From IMG/VR virus record IMGVR_UViG_3300027770_000046: a stretch of 64,000 nucleotides of DNA, one strand, 5' to 3'. Both the position numbers and the translations under genes were made by a program. Each line of letters begins with the position of its first letter. The stretch's first letter is position 1. Under the pieces are notes generated by a model. That model had not been told where the DNA came from. It did not search any database and saw only the letters and a list, made by a program, of their open reading frames with translations. Positions 8,711 through 17,836 of the stretch are shown here, piece by piece. The DNA comes from a virus (taxonomy: Duplodnaviria; Heunggongvirae; Uroviricota; Caudoviricetes).

Positions 8711-9714
8711 TATAACAGGTTTTTACTTTTTAAATAATCTTTTATTGCTTGTAATCCATGGGCTTTTGCAAGGTCTGCCCAATCTTTAATACCCTCTGCT
8801 AGATACTGACGTGGGACGTTAGTATAATCAAAATCAAACATCTTTGTAATCTGTACAGAATTCTGTACACCTACATCATCAGCATCAAAGCTAAGGATTT
8901 GTCTATCAGAGTTTGCTTTTAGATACTCTACATTCTCATGTGAGAAACATCCAAGTCCTTCATTCTGGACAGCACAGCTGCATGGGAATATCTTCTTCAT
9001 CACCATAAAGTCTTTCTTACTCTTGTTGATGAATGCTACGCTGCAGTCTTTGATATTCTCTTTACCATCCATTGCTGTGATAGGAACATTATTAGGCATC
9101 CACTTATGCTTCTTATCAGCATATGGCCTATATATCTTCCAATACTGTCCTTCATAAAGGTACCCAAACCTGAGCTCGTTTTCTTCTAATGGGAATCTTT
9201 GCTTGTTAAGATAGAGTTCTTTAATGGAATATACGTTGTTATCTCTAAGGTCTTGTAGATCCTGGTGATACTCTGCCCAATACTCAAGTTCTCTATTAGT
9301 GAACTTTCTAGTCTTGACTTGAATAAGGGAATATCTCTTCTCTAGATGGGGCTGTTTATATTCAGCTATAATCTTCTTATAATCTTCTGTCATCACTCCT
9401 GTAGAAAGACCAAGACCAAAATCTTTGTCAATCATCTTCAGAGTTTCACTCATAGTGAGAAGATTATGCATCATTTGAACAAAGTTAAAACAGTCACCAC
9501 GTTTACTACCATCAGCATAGTCTATAAATAGAAGATAGCCCATCTTATTACCTATCATGAATGATGGATTGTTCTCATGTCTAAATGGAGAATATGTCAC
9601 TCTATTAAGCTTCCAATCTTGATTAGGCATGTAAAATCTAAAGATGTCATACTCTGATATCCTGCTTAGAATAGCCTCCATGGATAGTTTTGTTTTTCTT
9701 ACTCCATTAATCAT
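8710..9714 (-). CDS. DnaG-like primase (degenerate zinc-binding region plus toprim-like DxD)
   Basis: N-terminus ...SPFRHENNPSFMIGNKMGYLLFIDYADGSKRGDCFNFV parallels the DnaG zinc-ribbon region (CPFHxExTPSF...YHCFGCGxxGD), but most of the Cys are replaced. A later ILSFDADDVG resembles the toprim DxD motif. It sits in the replication module next to the helicases. Confidence 0.5.
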   Translation of the reverse strand: MINGVRKTKLSMEAILSRISEYDIFRFYMPNQDWKLNRVTYSPFRHENNPSFMIGNKMGYLLFIDYADGSKRGDCFNFVQMMHNLLTMSETLKMIDKDFGLGLSTGVMTEDYKKIIAEYKQPHLEKRYSLIQVKTRKFTNRELEYWAEYHQDLQDLRDNNVYSIKELYLNKQRFPLEENELRFGYLYEGQYWKIYRPYADKKHKWMPNNVPITAMDGKENIKDCSVAFINKSKKDFMVMKKIFPCSCAVQNEGLGCFSHENVEYLKANSDRQILSFDADDVGVQNSVQITKMFDFDYTNVPRQYLAEGIKDWADLAKAHGLQAIKDYLKSKNLL

Positions 9715-9733
9715 AATGTAAAGTTAATGAAAA

Positions 9734-9753
9734 GGCCCCACAGAAGTGAGGCC
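9734..9753 (-). terminator. intrinsic terminator downstream of the 9780-10655 gene
   Basis: GGCCCCAC-agaa-GTGAGGCC, an 8 bp stem with one mismatch. It is followed on the minus strand by a T-run (ttttcatt). Confidence 0.5.
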
Positions 9754-9779
9754 AATTCTTATTTTGGTGGGACCCATTA

Positions 9780-10655
9780 TTAAAAATCACTATCATCTTC
9801 TGCAATCACTTTGTCAGAAGCTACTAAATTGTCTTCAGAATTGTAATCTTTTAACTCTTTGAATGTAAAGAAATCTTTACAACCATATTCGCCAACCACA
9901 TTCAATACAAAACGCTCATGAGGTTTTAATTCTTTCTGTGACTTTTGACGCAATGCACTAATTGCATCTGCTTTATTATAGTCTATCAATCTGAATGCCT
10001 TAATACTATATGGAGGTAAGAATGCTTTGCTATATATAGCTTGATATTCTTTTGTACCATCTGGTGTCTCTTTTGAAGTAACAGTGGCTAATGCTACAAT
10101 GTTTGTAGCCCACTCACCATTGATTTCATCTTTAAGTTCTTTAACATTACCTTTGATCAACTTGTTGAATTCTAATTGTAATGTAGATTTCTTGCTGCTA
10201 AAGTCAATGTTACTTAACCAAGAGCGTAAGAAATTGTAAAGATCTTCTTCACCTACAAATGACACACGATTCTCTCTTTCTTTGAACCATGGTGGTAAGT
10301 TGTTTGGACTATCAGCCCATGTACAACGTCCAATGTTATTAATGTATTGTTTCTTTGTAAGATCTTTGTTCTCTTTCTCTTTGTTCTCAATAAAGAAAGT
10401 TAATTTAAACTTCTCTCTTGTTTTAACTTCTTCTAACCAAAAGTCAATACGTAATCTAGCATTACCATCTTTACTAGTACCTAAGTACTCTGTAGATTTA
10501 CTATCTTCTTTTAATTGTCTTCCCAATACATCAGCGTATTCTTCTGTTGTAGGGTTAACTGCAATCACTCTTGCTTCGAATAAGCCAATCTTCTTGGCAA
10601 ACTCTTTGTCTTCAAATACTGGGCTTTGTCTTTTGTCTCCTCCAATGTTACTCAT
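9780..10655 (-). CDS. putative single-stranded DNA-binding protein
   Basis: 291 aa. The acidic C-terminal tail ends ...AEDDSDF, an acidic stretch with a terminal Phe as in E. coli SSB (DDDIPF) and T7 gp2.5. It lies immediately downstream of the Sak4-like ATPase. The sequence has no clear OB-fold motif, so the call is tentative. Confidence 0.4.
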   Translation of the reverse strand: MSNIGGDKRQSPVFEDKEFAKKIGLFEARVIAVNPTTEEYADVLGRQLKEDSKSTEYLGTSKDGNARLRIDFWLEEVKTREKFKLTFFIENKEKENKDLTKKQYINNIGRCTWADSPNNLPPWFKERENRVSFVGEEDLYNFLRSWLSNIDFSSKKSTLQLEFNKLIKGNVKELKDEINGEWATNIVALATVTSKETPDGTKEYQAIYSKAFLPPYSIKAFRLIDYNKADAISALRQKSQKELKPHERFVLNVVGEYGCKDFFTFKELKDYNSEDNLVASDKVIAEDDSDF

Positions 10656-10676
10656 GTTTTCTTGATTTATTTATTA

Positions 10677-11348
10677 TTAATTGTAATATTCGTCAATTGC
10701 ATTGACTACTTCTTGTAAGTTATTTGGTATTTTAATCTCTGCAAACATTCCATCAGGACTCTTTGCTGGATATTTTTTAAATCTGTTAGTTACAAAGTTA
10801 TATGTGGCTGTGCCATCTTTGCTTTCTTCTACAAACGTGTACAAACAAACTGTTAACAATCCTTCTAATACAATCTGATTGTCAATCAATTTACCTGCTG
10901 TCTTAATCTTGTATCCTATAATCTCACCACCATCCTCAATAGTCTCAGGGTGTGTAAAATAGAATACTTTTAAGTCATCACGTAAGCGTCTAGCTTCTCT
11001 AAATAGTTCCACCATATCTTTAGCCATAATGGTAAATTTGGTGAAACCAACTTCTGTAGCTCGTGCTAACATATTGAAGCCCATAATGTAATTAGAGTCT
11101 TCAATAATAATGTTCTTAATGTGTGGTGCCTTGTCAGAGATAGTCCTTAATAGACGTGTAATCTCGTTAGCATCATCCACTTCTTTGTAATTCTTTGCTT
11201 CTGCGTTGTACAACTTTTCTGCTCCTTTGAAAGGTAATTCCTTTTTAGCAACATTGATGATGTACGTTTCTTTGGGATTCAAATGTTTGATTGATGTTGA
11301 TTTGCCAGTCCCTGTTTGACCAACAATTCCAATTAATTTACTTGACAT
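10677..11348 (-). CDS. P-loop ATPase, AAA_24/Sak4-like (RecA-fold) phage recombination ATPase
   Basis: Walker A LIGIVGQTGTGKST at the N-terminus, followed by ...ETYIINVAKKELPF as in the AAA_24 family. Walker B IIIEDSNYI. 223 aa. Confidence 0.6.
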   Translation of the reverse strand: MSSKLIGIVGQTGTGKSTSIKHLNPKETYIINVAKKELPFKGAEKLYNAEAKNYKEVDDANEITRLLRTISDKAPHIKNIIIEDSNYIMGFNMLARATEVGFTKFTIMAKDMVELFREARRLRDDLKVFYFTHPETIEDGGEIIGYKIKTAGKLIDNQIVLEGLLTVCLYTFVEESKDGTATYNFVTNRFKKYPAKSPDGMFAEIKIPNNLQEVVNAIDEYYN

Positions 11349-11353
11349 GTTTT

Positions 11354-11566
11354 TTACTGATTTGTTTCCTCCAAAGGTAGGGTAATTTCTTCAGATTTCA
11401 AAATATTTCTTACAGGTTTTATTATATTTGGGTCAGAAATAATATCATTATAAAACTTCTCTGCAACCTCTTTTTGAGCAAACCATTTAATAGATGAATC
11501 ATCTACTCTTACGCAATACATTGTACCAGTTGTAATGCTGATGTCTTCTGTTAATTCTATTTTCAT
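11354..11566 (-). CDS. hypothetical protein (70 aa)
   Basis: Small ORF with a 4 nt overlap to the helicase gene. Confidence 0.45.
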   Translation of the reverse strand: MKIELTEDISITTGTMYCVRVDDSSIKWFAQKEVAEKFYNDIISDPNIIKPVRNILKSEEITLPLEETNQ

Positions 11567-12660
11567 GTGTATTTAATTTTATCTTTATCAAAAAATTCTA
11601 GTGCTTTTTTAAGCCACTTTCTTTCTACATCTTCTACAGTGCACACGATGTAGATATGTGCTTTCTTATCAGGTGTATTGTACTCCATAGCCATGCATCT
11701 GTTAATCTTCTGTGCAAGATTCTCTGCGTTGCTATCAAAGTAATTGATTATCACTCTATTAAGAGGTTTATATGTAACACCAGTGTTGCCTATCTTGACA
11801 ACAGCTAAATGATTACCATCACCATTAGCAAAATCTTCAAAGACATCTTTGTCTCCTGCTTTGCTATGATATACAGGAATTCCTAAGCCATCTGCTATAC
11901 TTGTGAGTCCACAGAACACTAACACACGTTCATCTTTGTGTCTTGCCAATAGAGCTTTTGTTTTCTCCATTTTAGCAAGACTATTCTGAATCACTCTCAT
12001 TCTAGCTAGTCTTAAGAACATTGTATTTTGACCCTTTCTTTCTAGTTGGTCTATCACCCATCCATATGAGTCAAATTGCTGTTTCTCAGTCTTCAATTTG
12101 CCCTTGTAGTCATTCTTTCTTTTGTTATCAAGTGGTACTCCCACCACTGTGATTTCATAGTCTGTAATGACACCTTCTTTAATTGCCTGATCTATGGAAT
12201 AGGTGGCTAAAACTGGTAGTTTTAACTCTAATCCTAATGTTTCTTCTGTTTGACTAGATAATGTACCTGTTAAACCAAGCACACTGACGCATTGTAGCTC
12301 CTTTACAGCCTCTATTTGTGCTTCAGAGAGTAAATGTATCTCATCAAGCACAACTAGGTCGTAAAAGCCAGCTGTGTGCTTTTTAATAGACAAATGAGTG
12401 GTATAAGTGATGTTTTGATTCTTATACTTCCTTTTCTTGAAATCCTCTTCCCAAGCACTCTTAATCTTAAGATCAGGGTATGCTATCAGGATGTTGATGT
12501 CATCATCTAATTTCTCTAGGATGTTGATAGTTGTAAATATCTTACCAAATCTAGGGCATAGATTAAGGATACCAAATTCTGCATGGTCTAAGAATACTTG
12601 AGCAAACTCAGCTTGTCTTCTATCTCGTAATGTAAGGGTGGGGAGTGTTTTGACTGCCAT
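11563..12660 (-). CDS. SF2 (DExH-box) helicase
   Basis: Motif II VVLDEIHLLSE (DEIH), motif III LGLTGT, and a degenerate motif I around PRFGKIF. 365 aa. Confidence 0.65.
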   Translation of the reverse strand: MAVKTLPTLTLRDRRQAEFAQVFLDHAEFGILNLCPRFGKIFTTINILEKLDDDINILIAYPDLKIKSAWEEDFKKRKYKNQNITYTTHLSIKKHTAGFYDLVVLDEIHLLSEAQIEAVKELQCVSVLGLTGTLSSQTEETLGLELKLPVLATYSIDQAIKEGVITDYEITVVGVPLDNKRKNDYKGKLKTEKQQFDSYGWVIDQLERKGQNTMFLRLARMRVIQNSLAKMEKTKALLARHKDERVLVFCGLTSIADGLGIPVYHSKAGDKDVFEDFANGDGNHLAVVKIGNTGVTYKPLNRVIINYFDSNAENLAQKINRCMAMEYNTPDKKAHIYIVCTVEDVERKWLKKALEFFDKDKIKYT

Positions 12661-12835
12661 AGCTTATAATTGTTGTAAATGACCAGAATAACCACTCCAT
12701 GTTTAGAGCTATATATGGGTCATGTTTTTGGATGTTGTTCATCACACTCATTGTAGGAATCAATACCACCTGCCACCAATGACTATTCTTTACAGGTAGT
12801 GTATTATACATTTTTATATTTAATCTCATTATCAT
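12620..12835 (-). CDS. hypothetical small protein (71 aa)
   Basis: ORF bridging the helicase and DnaB-like genes, overlapping both. Coding status is uncertain. Confidence 0.3.
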   Translation of the reverse strand: MIMRLNIKMYNTLPVKNSHWWQVVLIPTMSVMNNIQKHDPYIALNMEWLFWSFTTIISYGSQNTPHPYITR

Positions 12836-13893
12836 TTATTTAAAAAGAATGCTTTACTAGTAATATCACTATATACACTCTCGTTCATATACTTGACCTT
12901 AGGTAGTTCTTTGAACATACCAACCTGACCAAGAAAACCTAAGCCTATTCTTACATCATCTTCTCCATAACTGTTCTTTATTAGTCTCAATGATCTGAAA
13001 TACTTTGCACCAAACTCATCTCTAAGTTTGTTTAGGTCATACCCTGATGGGTCTGTCACTTTATATCGCATAGGGTCAAACAATGCTAAGACAACGTCAG
13101 CATCATTCTGTGTTTGTGAACTCTCAGCAAAGTCTTCTAGCTGTGGTTCTACATCACCATTCTTAATCCTAATAGGATTGTTTATGTCTCTGTTAAATTG
13201 ACTAACAATTACAGGACTGTATCCATACATGTCACGAGCATATCTCAGCTCATCAGACATCTTATCAATTGTCTGCTTCTTTGTAGGATAGTCTTTAGTT
13301 GGTTTTAACAAACCTATATGGTCAATAACAATAATAGTTATTTCATTCTCATCATTGGGAATGTATTTCTTATTGTATTGATCTACCTCTTCTATGACAC
13401 CATTAGCTAATGCATGGTCCCTTATTTGCTTTGATACACCAATTGGATTGTCTGGTCCATCAATAAGCGTAATCACTTCTTTCATATGTCCCATGTAATC
13501 TTCATACATCAGGAACAGATCGTGCTCATCTTTGGTCATCTTCTCTGTCCAACCTAATAGCTTGGGTACAGGTATAATAACTCCTTGGTCTAAGAATATC
13601 TTTCTTGAAACCCATTTAGCATATTTATATGTCCTGCTACGTTCCATCGATCTATATATGATGCGTAACTTCAGACCTGGAGTCTTTTGACTGATAAACC
13701 AATCAAATGGATTTAAAACATATGCATCATCTAAGAAGCTAGTTTTACCACTACCAGTGAGGCCACCAATCAGTGTGTACATAGATTTTCTGATGCCTAT
13801 ATATCTGTTCAATCTTTCAAAGCCCATAGGTATACCATTGTTCCTACCATCTAGGCCTGCTTGAACTTCTCGTTTTAAATCTTCAAAACTCAT
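12832..13893 (-). CDS. DnaB-like replicative helicase (RecA-fold C-terminal domain only)
   Basis: Walker A/H1 LIGGLTGSGKTSFL, Walker B/H2 IIVIDHIGLL, H3 ...VIVSQFNRD (the DnaB SQLNR motif). 353 aa, with no N-terminal primase-interaction domain. Confidence 0.7.
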   Translation of the reverse strand: MSFEDLKREVQAGLDGRNNGIPMGFERLNRYIGIRKSMYTLIGGLTGSGKTSFLDDAYVLNPFDWFISQKTPGLKLRIIYRSMERSRTYKYAKWVSRKIFLDQGVIIPVPKLLGWTEKMTKDEHDLFLMYEDYMGHMKEVITLIDGPDNPIGVSKQIRDHALANGVIEEVDQYNKKYIPNDENEITIIVIDHIGLLKPTKDYPTKKQTIDKMSDELRYARDMYGYSPVIVSQFNRDINNPIRIKNGDVEPQLEDFAESSQTQNDADVVLALFDPMRYKVTDPSGYDLNKLRDEFGAKYFRSLRLIKNSYGEDDVRIGLGFLGQVGMFKELPKVKYMNESVYSDITSKAFFLNK

Positions 13894-14516
13894 ATATCCA
13901 TACCTTTAATTGGTTCAGCAGATTCTTTGATAGTCTTACCATCTCTTATCAATTCAATGAAAGGCTCAAATGACCTCTGGTTGAGATAGGTGAGACTGTT
14001 CTGCATAAATGTAAGTCTATTGACTTTTGTCTTAATTGAATTCTCTTTCTTCTGCAGTATTTCGTATTCTAATGCTGCTATGAGCTCTGTAGGTTTGTAC
14101 TCGCCTTCTCCAACAATGCTGTTGAATTTAAGTTTACACTCATCTTTCTTTACACGCATACCACGTGTACCTGTAAATGATTGACTCTTATATGTGAATG
14201 TATCAGTACCTGGGTACGTCATCCACCACTTATCAAAGTCTGAATCTGTTTTCTTCTTTTTAACTATTTTAGGTTGTTCTATCTTCTCATTAAGAAAAGA
14301 CAAAACTTCTTTACCTACTATAGTAATCTTATTTGACTCTGACAATAGACCTTTTCTGCGTACAGTTTGATAGAGCATTTTTATTTTGCTATCATCTGCA
14401 CACATTTCATCTACATCATTGCCTTCTTCAACTAGTGTTATGAAGCATAACATGTCTAAGCTGTAGCCAGCCTTAGCTAGCTCCTTAAAATGGGAGAACG
14501 TTAGTGTGAGGTTCAT
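13890..14516 (-). CDS. hypothetical protein (208 aa)
   Basis: ORF in operon orientation with a 4 nt overlap to the dnaB-like gene. Confidence 0.5.
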   Translation of the reverse strand: MNLTLTFSHFKELAKAGYSLDMLCFITLVEEGNDVDEMCADDSKIKMLYQTVRRKGLLSESNKITIVGKEVLSFLNEKIEQPKIVKKKKTDSDFDKWWMTYPGTDTFTYKSQSFTGTRGMRVKKDECKLKFNSIVGEGEYKPTELIAALEYEILQKKENSIKTKVNRLTFMQNSLTYLNQRSFEPFIELIRDGKTIKESAEPIKGMDI

Positions 14517-14676
14517 TGTGTTTTTCTAGTATTTTGTCTTTATCAATCACTACTATCTGAGCAGGTAGTTTTATTCTTCTAAACTCCTCTTCAAGTATCT
14601 GTTGTGTCTCTTGCAAATATACTAAATCTTTAAGATATTCCCTCTCCCAATCCTCCTTTATTTTTAGGTCTTTCAT
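14485..14676 (-). CDS. hypothetical protein (63 aa)
   Basis: Small ORF overlapping the start of 13890-14516. Confidence 0.35.
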   Translation of the reverse strand: MKDLKIKEDWEREYLKDLVYLQETQQILEEEFRRIKLPAQIVVIDKDKILEKHNEPHTNVLPF

Positions 14677-14881
14677 TTTTATATTCTTTATTATTCCAAA
14701 AATAGGAGCAACTTAATGTTGCAACACCTAGACCAACATGATGTTCGTCAAACATAAAGTCTAATTTATATGGAGGCTCAGAGAAAAATGATTGTCCAAT
14801 CTCCTCAGCTTTAGCTGTATATCTGTGGCAGTTTAGTCTTAATAGACAACTACCACCTTTGCACATTGAAATGTCTGGCAT
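14630..14881 (-). CDS. hypothetical Cys-containing small protein (83 aa)
   Basis: ORF containing CKGGSC...CHRY...C, a possible zinc ribbon. Confidence 0.4.
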   Translation of the reverse strand: MPDISMCKGGSCLLRLNCHRYTAKAEEIGQSFFSEPPYKLDFMFDEHHVGLGVATLSCSYFWNNKEYKNERPKNKGGLGEGIS

Positions 14882-14882
14882 T

Positions 14883-15056
14883 TTATTTGATTTTAGTTAA
14901 TTGATCTGTAATAACGTTTACAGGAATCTCTTCTTTCTTGAATGTGGCTATGTATTCTTTTATGCACCATTTAAGCATCTTCCATACAGCCTTTCTTCTT
15001 TGTCTAGCAGGCTTAGTGTAAAACACTTGAAACACCTGAAATACTACATCACTCAT
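14883..15056 (-). CDS. micro-ORF (57 aa), paralogue of the micro-ORF at 17833-17955
   Basis: My own minus-strand translation gives MSDVVFQVFQVFYTKPARQRRKAVWKMLKWCIKEYIATFKKEEIPVNVITDQLTKIK. It shares the motif W(K/D)M(L/I)KWCIKEYI with the other micro-ORF. Its stop is 2 nt before the start of the 14630-14881 gene. The plus-strand ORF 14901-15140 in the track is its antisense artefact. Confidence 0.4.
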   Translation of the reverse strand: MSDVVFQVFQVFYTKPARQRRKAVWKMLKWCIKEYIATFKKEEIPVNVITDQLTKIK

Positions 15057-15066
15057 ATTATGTTAT

Positions 15067-15627
15067 TTATTCTGCTGCATAACCAAAGAATACCCACTCA
15101 CCATCTCTTTCTGTTGGTGCTTTCTTGTATGTTATCTTAGCTACCATTGATCCACCTTTCTCAAGCACCTTTTCCATAGCAATGAATGTAGGAACTTGTT
15201 TCTTTTCAGTGTATGCTCTAGCAGACTTAACAGCATCTCCTTTGGTTAAATGAGAGCTTATAAGTAGTGTACTATTTTCATATACACAGTATTTAAGAAT
15301 CCATTTCTTGGTACCAGGAGTAACTATGTGTTCCACTTGAGACTTAGTCTTGTTCTTATTACCTACAGGTTTTACAACACATATAGCTGAACAATCACGT
15401 TTGTTCATACTATGACTATCAAATCTGTCACGTATGTAAGCAGATACATCATTAAACTTACTTTTATTATATGCTTCTGTTTCATCTCTAAATCCATGTG
15501 TAGTACTAATAGTACCATTGTAGCCATCTTGACTACCATATTCTTGTTCTGCGTCATCACAAGCGTTTTTATATGCTTCATCTGCATGTTTACCACCATA
15601 TCTTACTTTAAATTGACATGCTCCCAT
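15067..15627 (-). CDS. hypothetical protein (186 aa)
   Basis: ORF in operon orientation. Confidence 0.5.
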   Translation of the reverse strand: MGACQFKVRYGGKHADEAYKNACDDAEQEYGSQDGYNGTISTTHGFRDETEAYNKSKFNDVSAYIRDRFDSHSMNKRDCSAICVVKPVGNKNKTKSQVEHIVTPGTKKWILKYCVYENSTLLISSHLTKGDAVKSARAYTEKKQVPTFIAMEKVLEKGGSMVAKITYKKAPTERDGEWVFFGYAAE

Positions 15628-15629
15628 AA

Positions 15630-15884
15630 TTAATTTTTTATTTTAAGGCCATATTGTACATTGAACCAGTCAAATGTACTCTTAGCCTTGTTTGTGTTAA
15701 ATTTAAATGTTTTCTTGAGAAGAGGAATAGCATATGCTTTGAACTTCTCATGTTGTTCTGTTGTAATAGTCCATTCTTGAAACCAATCAGGATTCTGCAT
15801 GGCTTCAAACATTGTCTTATTAACAATCTTTAACTGAACACTTAATAAATGCTCAGCTATATTAAACCTATTTATCTTTGACAT
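15630..15884 (-). CDS. hypothetical protein (84 aa)
   Basis: ORF between the PolB gene and 15067-15627, sharing 1 nt with the PolB gene. Confidence 0.45.
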   Translation of the reverse strand: MSKINRFNIAEHLLSVQLKIVNKTMFEAMQNPDWFQEWTITTEQHEKFKAYAIPLLKKTFKFNTNKAKSTFDWFNVQYGLKIKN

Positions 15885-17836
15885 TAGAATAGACTCATTT
15901 GATTAGGATTAATAATAACTCTGCGTTTCTTGCCTTCAAACTGTATTTTACCTATCAGTTTTTCAGCACGCTCTATATAATATGCATGATTGATGTTATC
16001 TAGAGGATGATCTGATGTTAGATGATTACATACTGTCATCACCCATTCACCTGCTTCAACCTGAGATACATTTACAGCTGTGCTATCTGAGTTATCATTC
16101 TTAACCTTTAATAGCTTCTCACCAGTTTTACTTACATAATATCTGATAAGTTTATTGTAGACTCTTGTCTTGTCTTTACTGTGCCCTTCGTAGTGAAAGT
16201 CTTTACTAGCTTTCTGCCTGAGAGCAAAGTCATATATATTTGTGTGATTGTGAATAGTAGTAGCCACAGGCACACCATGAACATAATAATGCTCGAGTGC
16301 AATAGGTACAACCCTAGCTGACTTATTTTTGTGTAACTCAAAGTCAGTGAGGAAGTCACCTTTCTTTTTAATTTCTCCATTTGTTTTAATTGCTATGTAG
16401 TCATTTACTGTAGAGAATATAATCTTTTGATAGTCAGTACGTTCCAATTCATATTTGGTCAATTCCATCCACCATTGATTAACCTCATGCATCTTATCTA
16501 TTAATGATTTCTTAACCATAATAGTTACACCATCTGTATTTGCAGATATAACATGTATATCAGCTAACTCATATGCTTCGATCAACATCAACAAGCTTAG
16601 CTCACCTGTAATAGTGGTAAACATAGTTAGTTGTCTGTCATAAATCCAGCTTTGCATATCAGAGCTTTTGCCATACACAGAATTGACAGCAAGCTTAAGA
16701 GCTCCCACAATTCCTTGTATCTTCTTATCTCGCTTAGCCAAGGGTTTGAGCTCCAATCTTTTATTAAACATTTGCTCATAGCCTCTAAGAAAGTCAGGAC
16801 CAAGATGCTGAGGATAACGCTTATTGTTAATAATAATAGCAGGATAATAGCTGGAGACATCCCAATCAACAATAATATGCTCTTCATCAGCTTCAAATAC
16901 CTTAGCCTTGTTTTCTGTGTGTAGGCCACCTTTTGCGAATGTATATATGTTTCCATGAAACTCTAATGCTTCTTTAAATTCATCCTTGATTGTAAAACGC
17001 TCTTTGCTAATTTTCTTTAAGAACTGTTGCAGCTCTGGTGTCTGGAATGCTACATAATCAGCAATACAATGTTTCACCTTTACTTCAGTTCTAAATAATC
17101 CTTTCTTTGGTAGATCAGAATATTGTATGCCCTTGGCCTCACAATAATACTTCTTAATCATTTCATCACCAATCTTGCTATCTGAATAGTTTAAGCATGG
17201 TATACCAAACTCTTCGTATATGTCTTCTCTTAGTTCTATCTGATTATTACCTTTGTATAGTGGATGCTCAGTGTTACCTGTGGTTATCTTATAGAATTCA
17301 TAAGTAGCTTGTACATCATTATAACAATAGTAAATGATCTCAACAATTTCTAATTGAGTCATGTTTTCTTTACTATGATGTATAGACATCTCTTCAATGT
17401 TTTCTAGATCCATCTCAAACTCTAATCTTTTTAGTGAGACCATTCTATTTTTGTTATCATAGTGGTTCACCTTGAATAGATCTATTTGCTTGAGACTTAA
17501 CCATTCTTCTCTATATTCAGGGAATACATCATAATTAGCATCATGTATTGTGTCTGCAGCCTTCTGTGCTATTAGTGCACAGATCTCAAGACCACTCAGC
17601 TCATGCCAATTCTCATAGTTTCTAAGTATATGCTCAACAACTTGACTATCAAAGCGTAAGTTGTTGTAGCCCACCCAATAATGCTCATCATGTTCCTCAG
17701 TAAATCTTATGAACCCATCTAATTGATTAGTCCACCTACTCACCTGAAACTCATATGTTACATCACTCTCTGGATTGTATATAACAATAAGAAACAGTTC
17801 TTTAAGTGTTTCTATATCATAGATAAGTACATTCAT
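15884..17836 (-). CDS. family B DNA polymerase (compact, phi29-like size, 650 aa)
   Basis: Exo I at the N-terminus (MNVLIYDIETL). Exo II YNNLRFD and Exo III YCYNDVQATYEFY. Pol motif A DWDVSSYYPAII (Dx2SLYPS), motif B KLAVNSVYGK (Kx3NSxYG), and motif C reading ISANTDGV (NTDG rather than DTDS). Confidence 0.8.
   Translation of the reverse strand: MNVLIYDIETLKELFLIVIYNPESDVTYEFQVSRWTNQLDGFIRFTEEHDEHYWVGYNNLRFDSQVVEHILRNYENWHELSGLEICALIAQKAADTIHDANYDVFPEYREEWLSLKQIDLFKVNHYDNKNRMVSLKRLEFEMDLENIEEMSIHHSKENMTQLEIVEIIYYCYNDVQATYEFYKITTGNTEHPLYKGNNQIELREDIYEEFGIPCLNYSDSKIGDEMIKKYYCEAKGIQYSDLPKKGLFRTEVKVKHCIADYVAFQTPELQQFLKKISKERFTIKDEFKEALEFHGNIYTFAKGGLHTENKAKVFEADEEHIIVDWDVSSYYPAIIINNKRYPQHLGPDFLRGYEQMFNKRLELKPLAKRDKKIQGIVGALKLAVNSVYGKSSDMQSWIYDRQLTMFTTITGELSLLMLIEAYELADIHVISANTDGVTIMVKKSLIDKMHEVNQWWMELTKYELERTDYQKIIFSTVNDYIAIKTNGEIKKKGDFLTDFELHKNKSARVVPIALEHYYVHGVPVATTIHNHTNIYDFALRQKASKDFHYEGHSKDKTRVYNKLIRYYVSKTGEKLLKVKNDNSDSTAVNVSQVEAGEWVMTVCNHLTSDHPLDNINHAYYIERAEKLIGKIQFEGKKRRVIINPNQMSLF

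Noticed and set aside
15405-16956. Minus-strand ORFs nested inside longer minus-strand genes (15405-15599, 15638-15826, 16132-16380, 16627-16956)
   Set aside because: They are alternative frames within the 15067-15627, 15630-15884 and PolB genes. There is no independent support for them.
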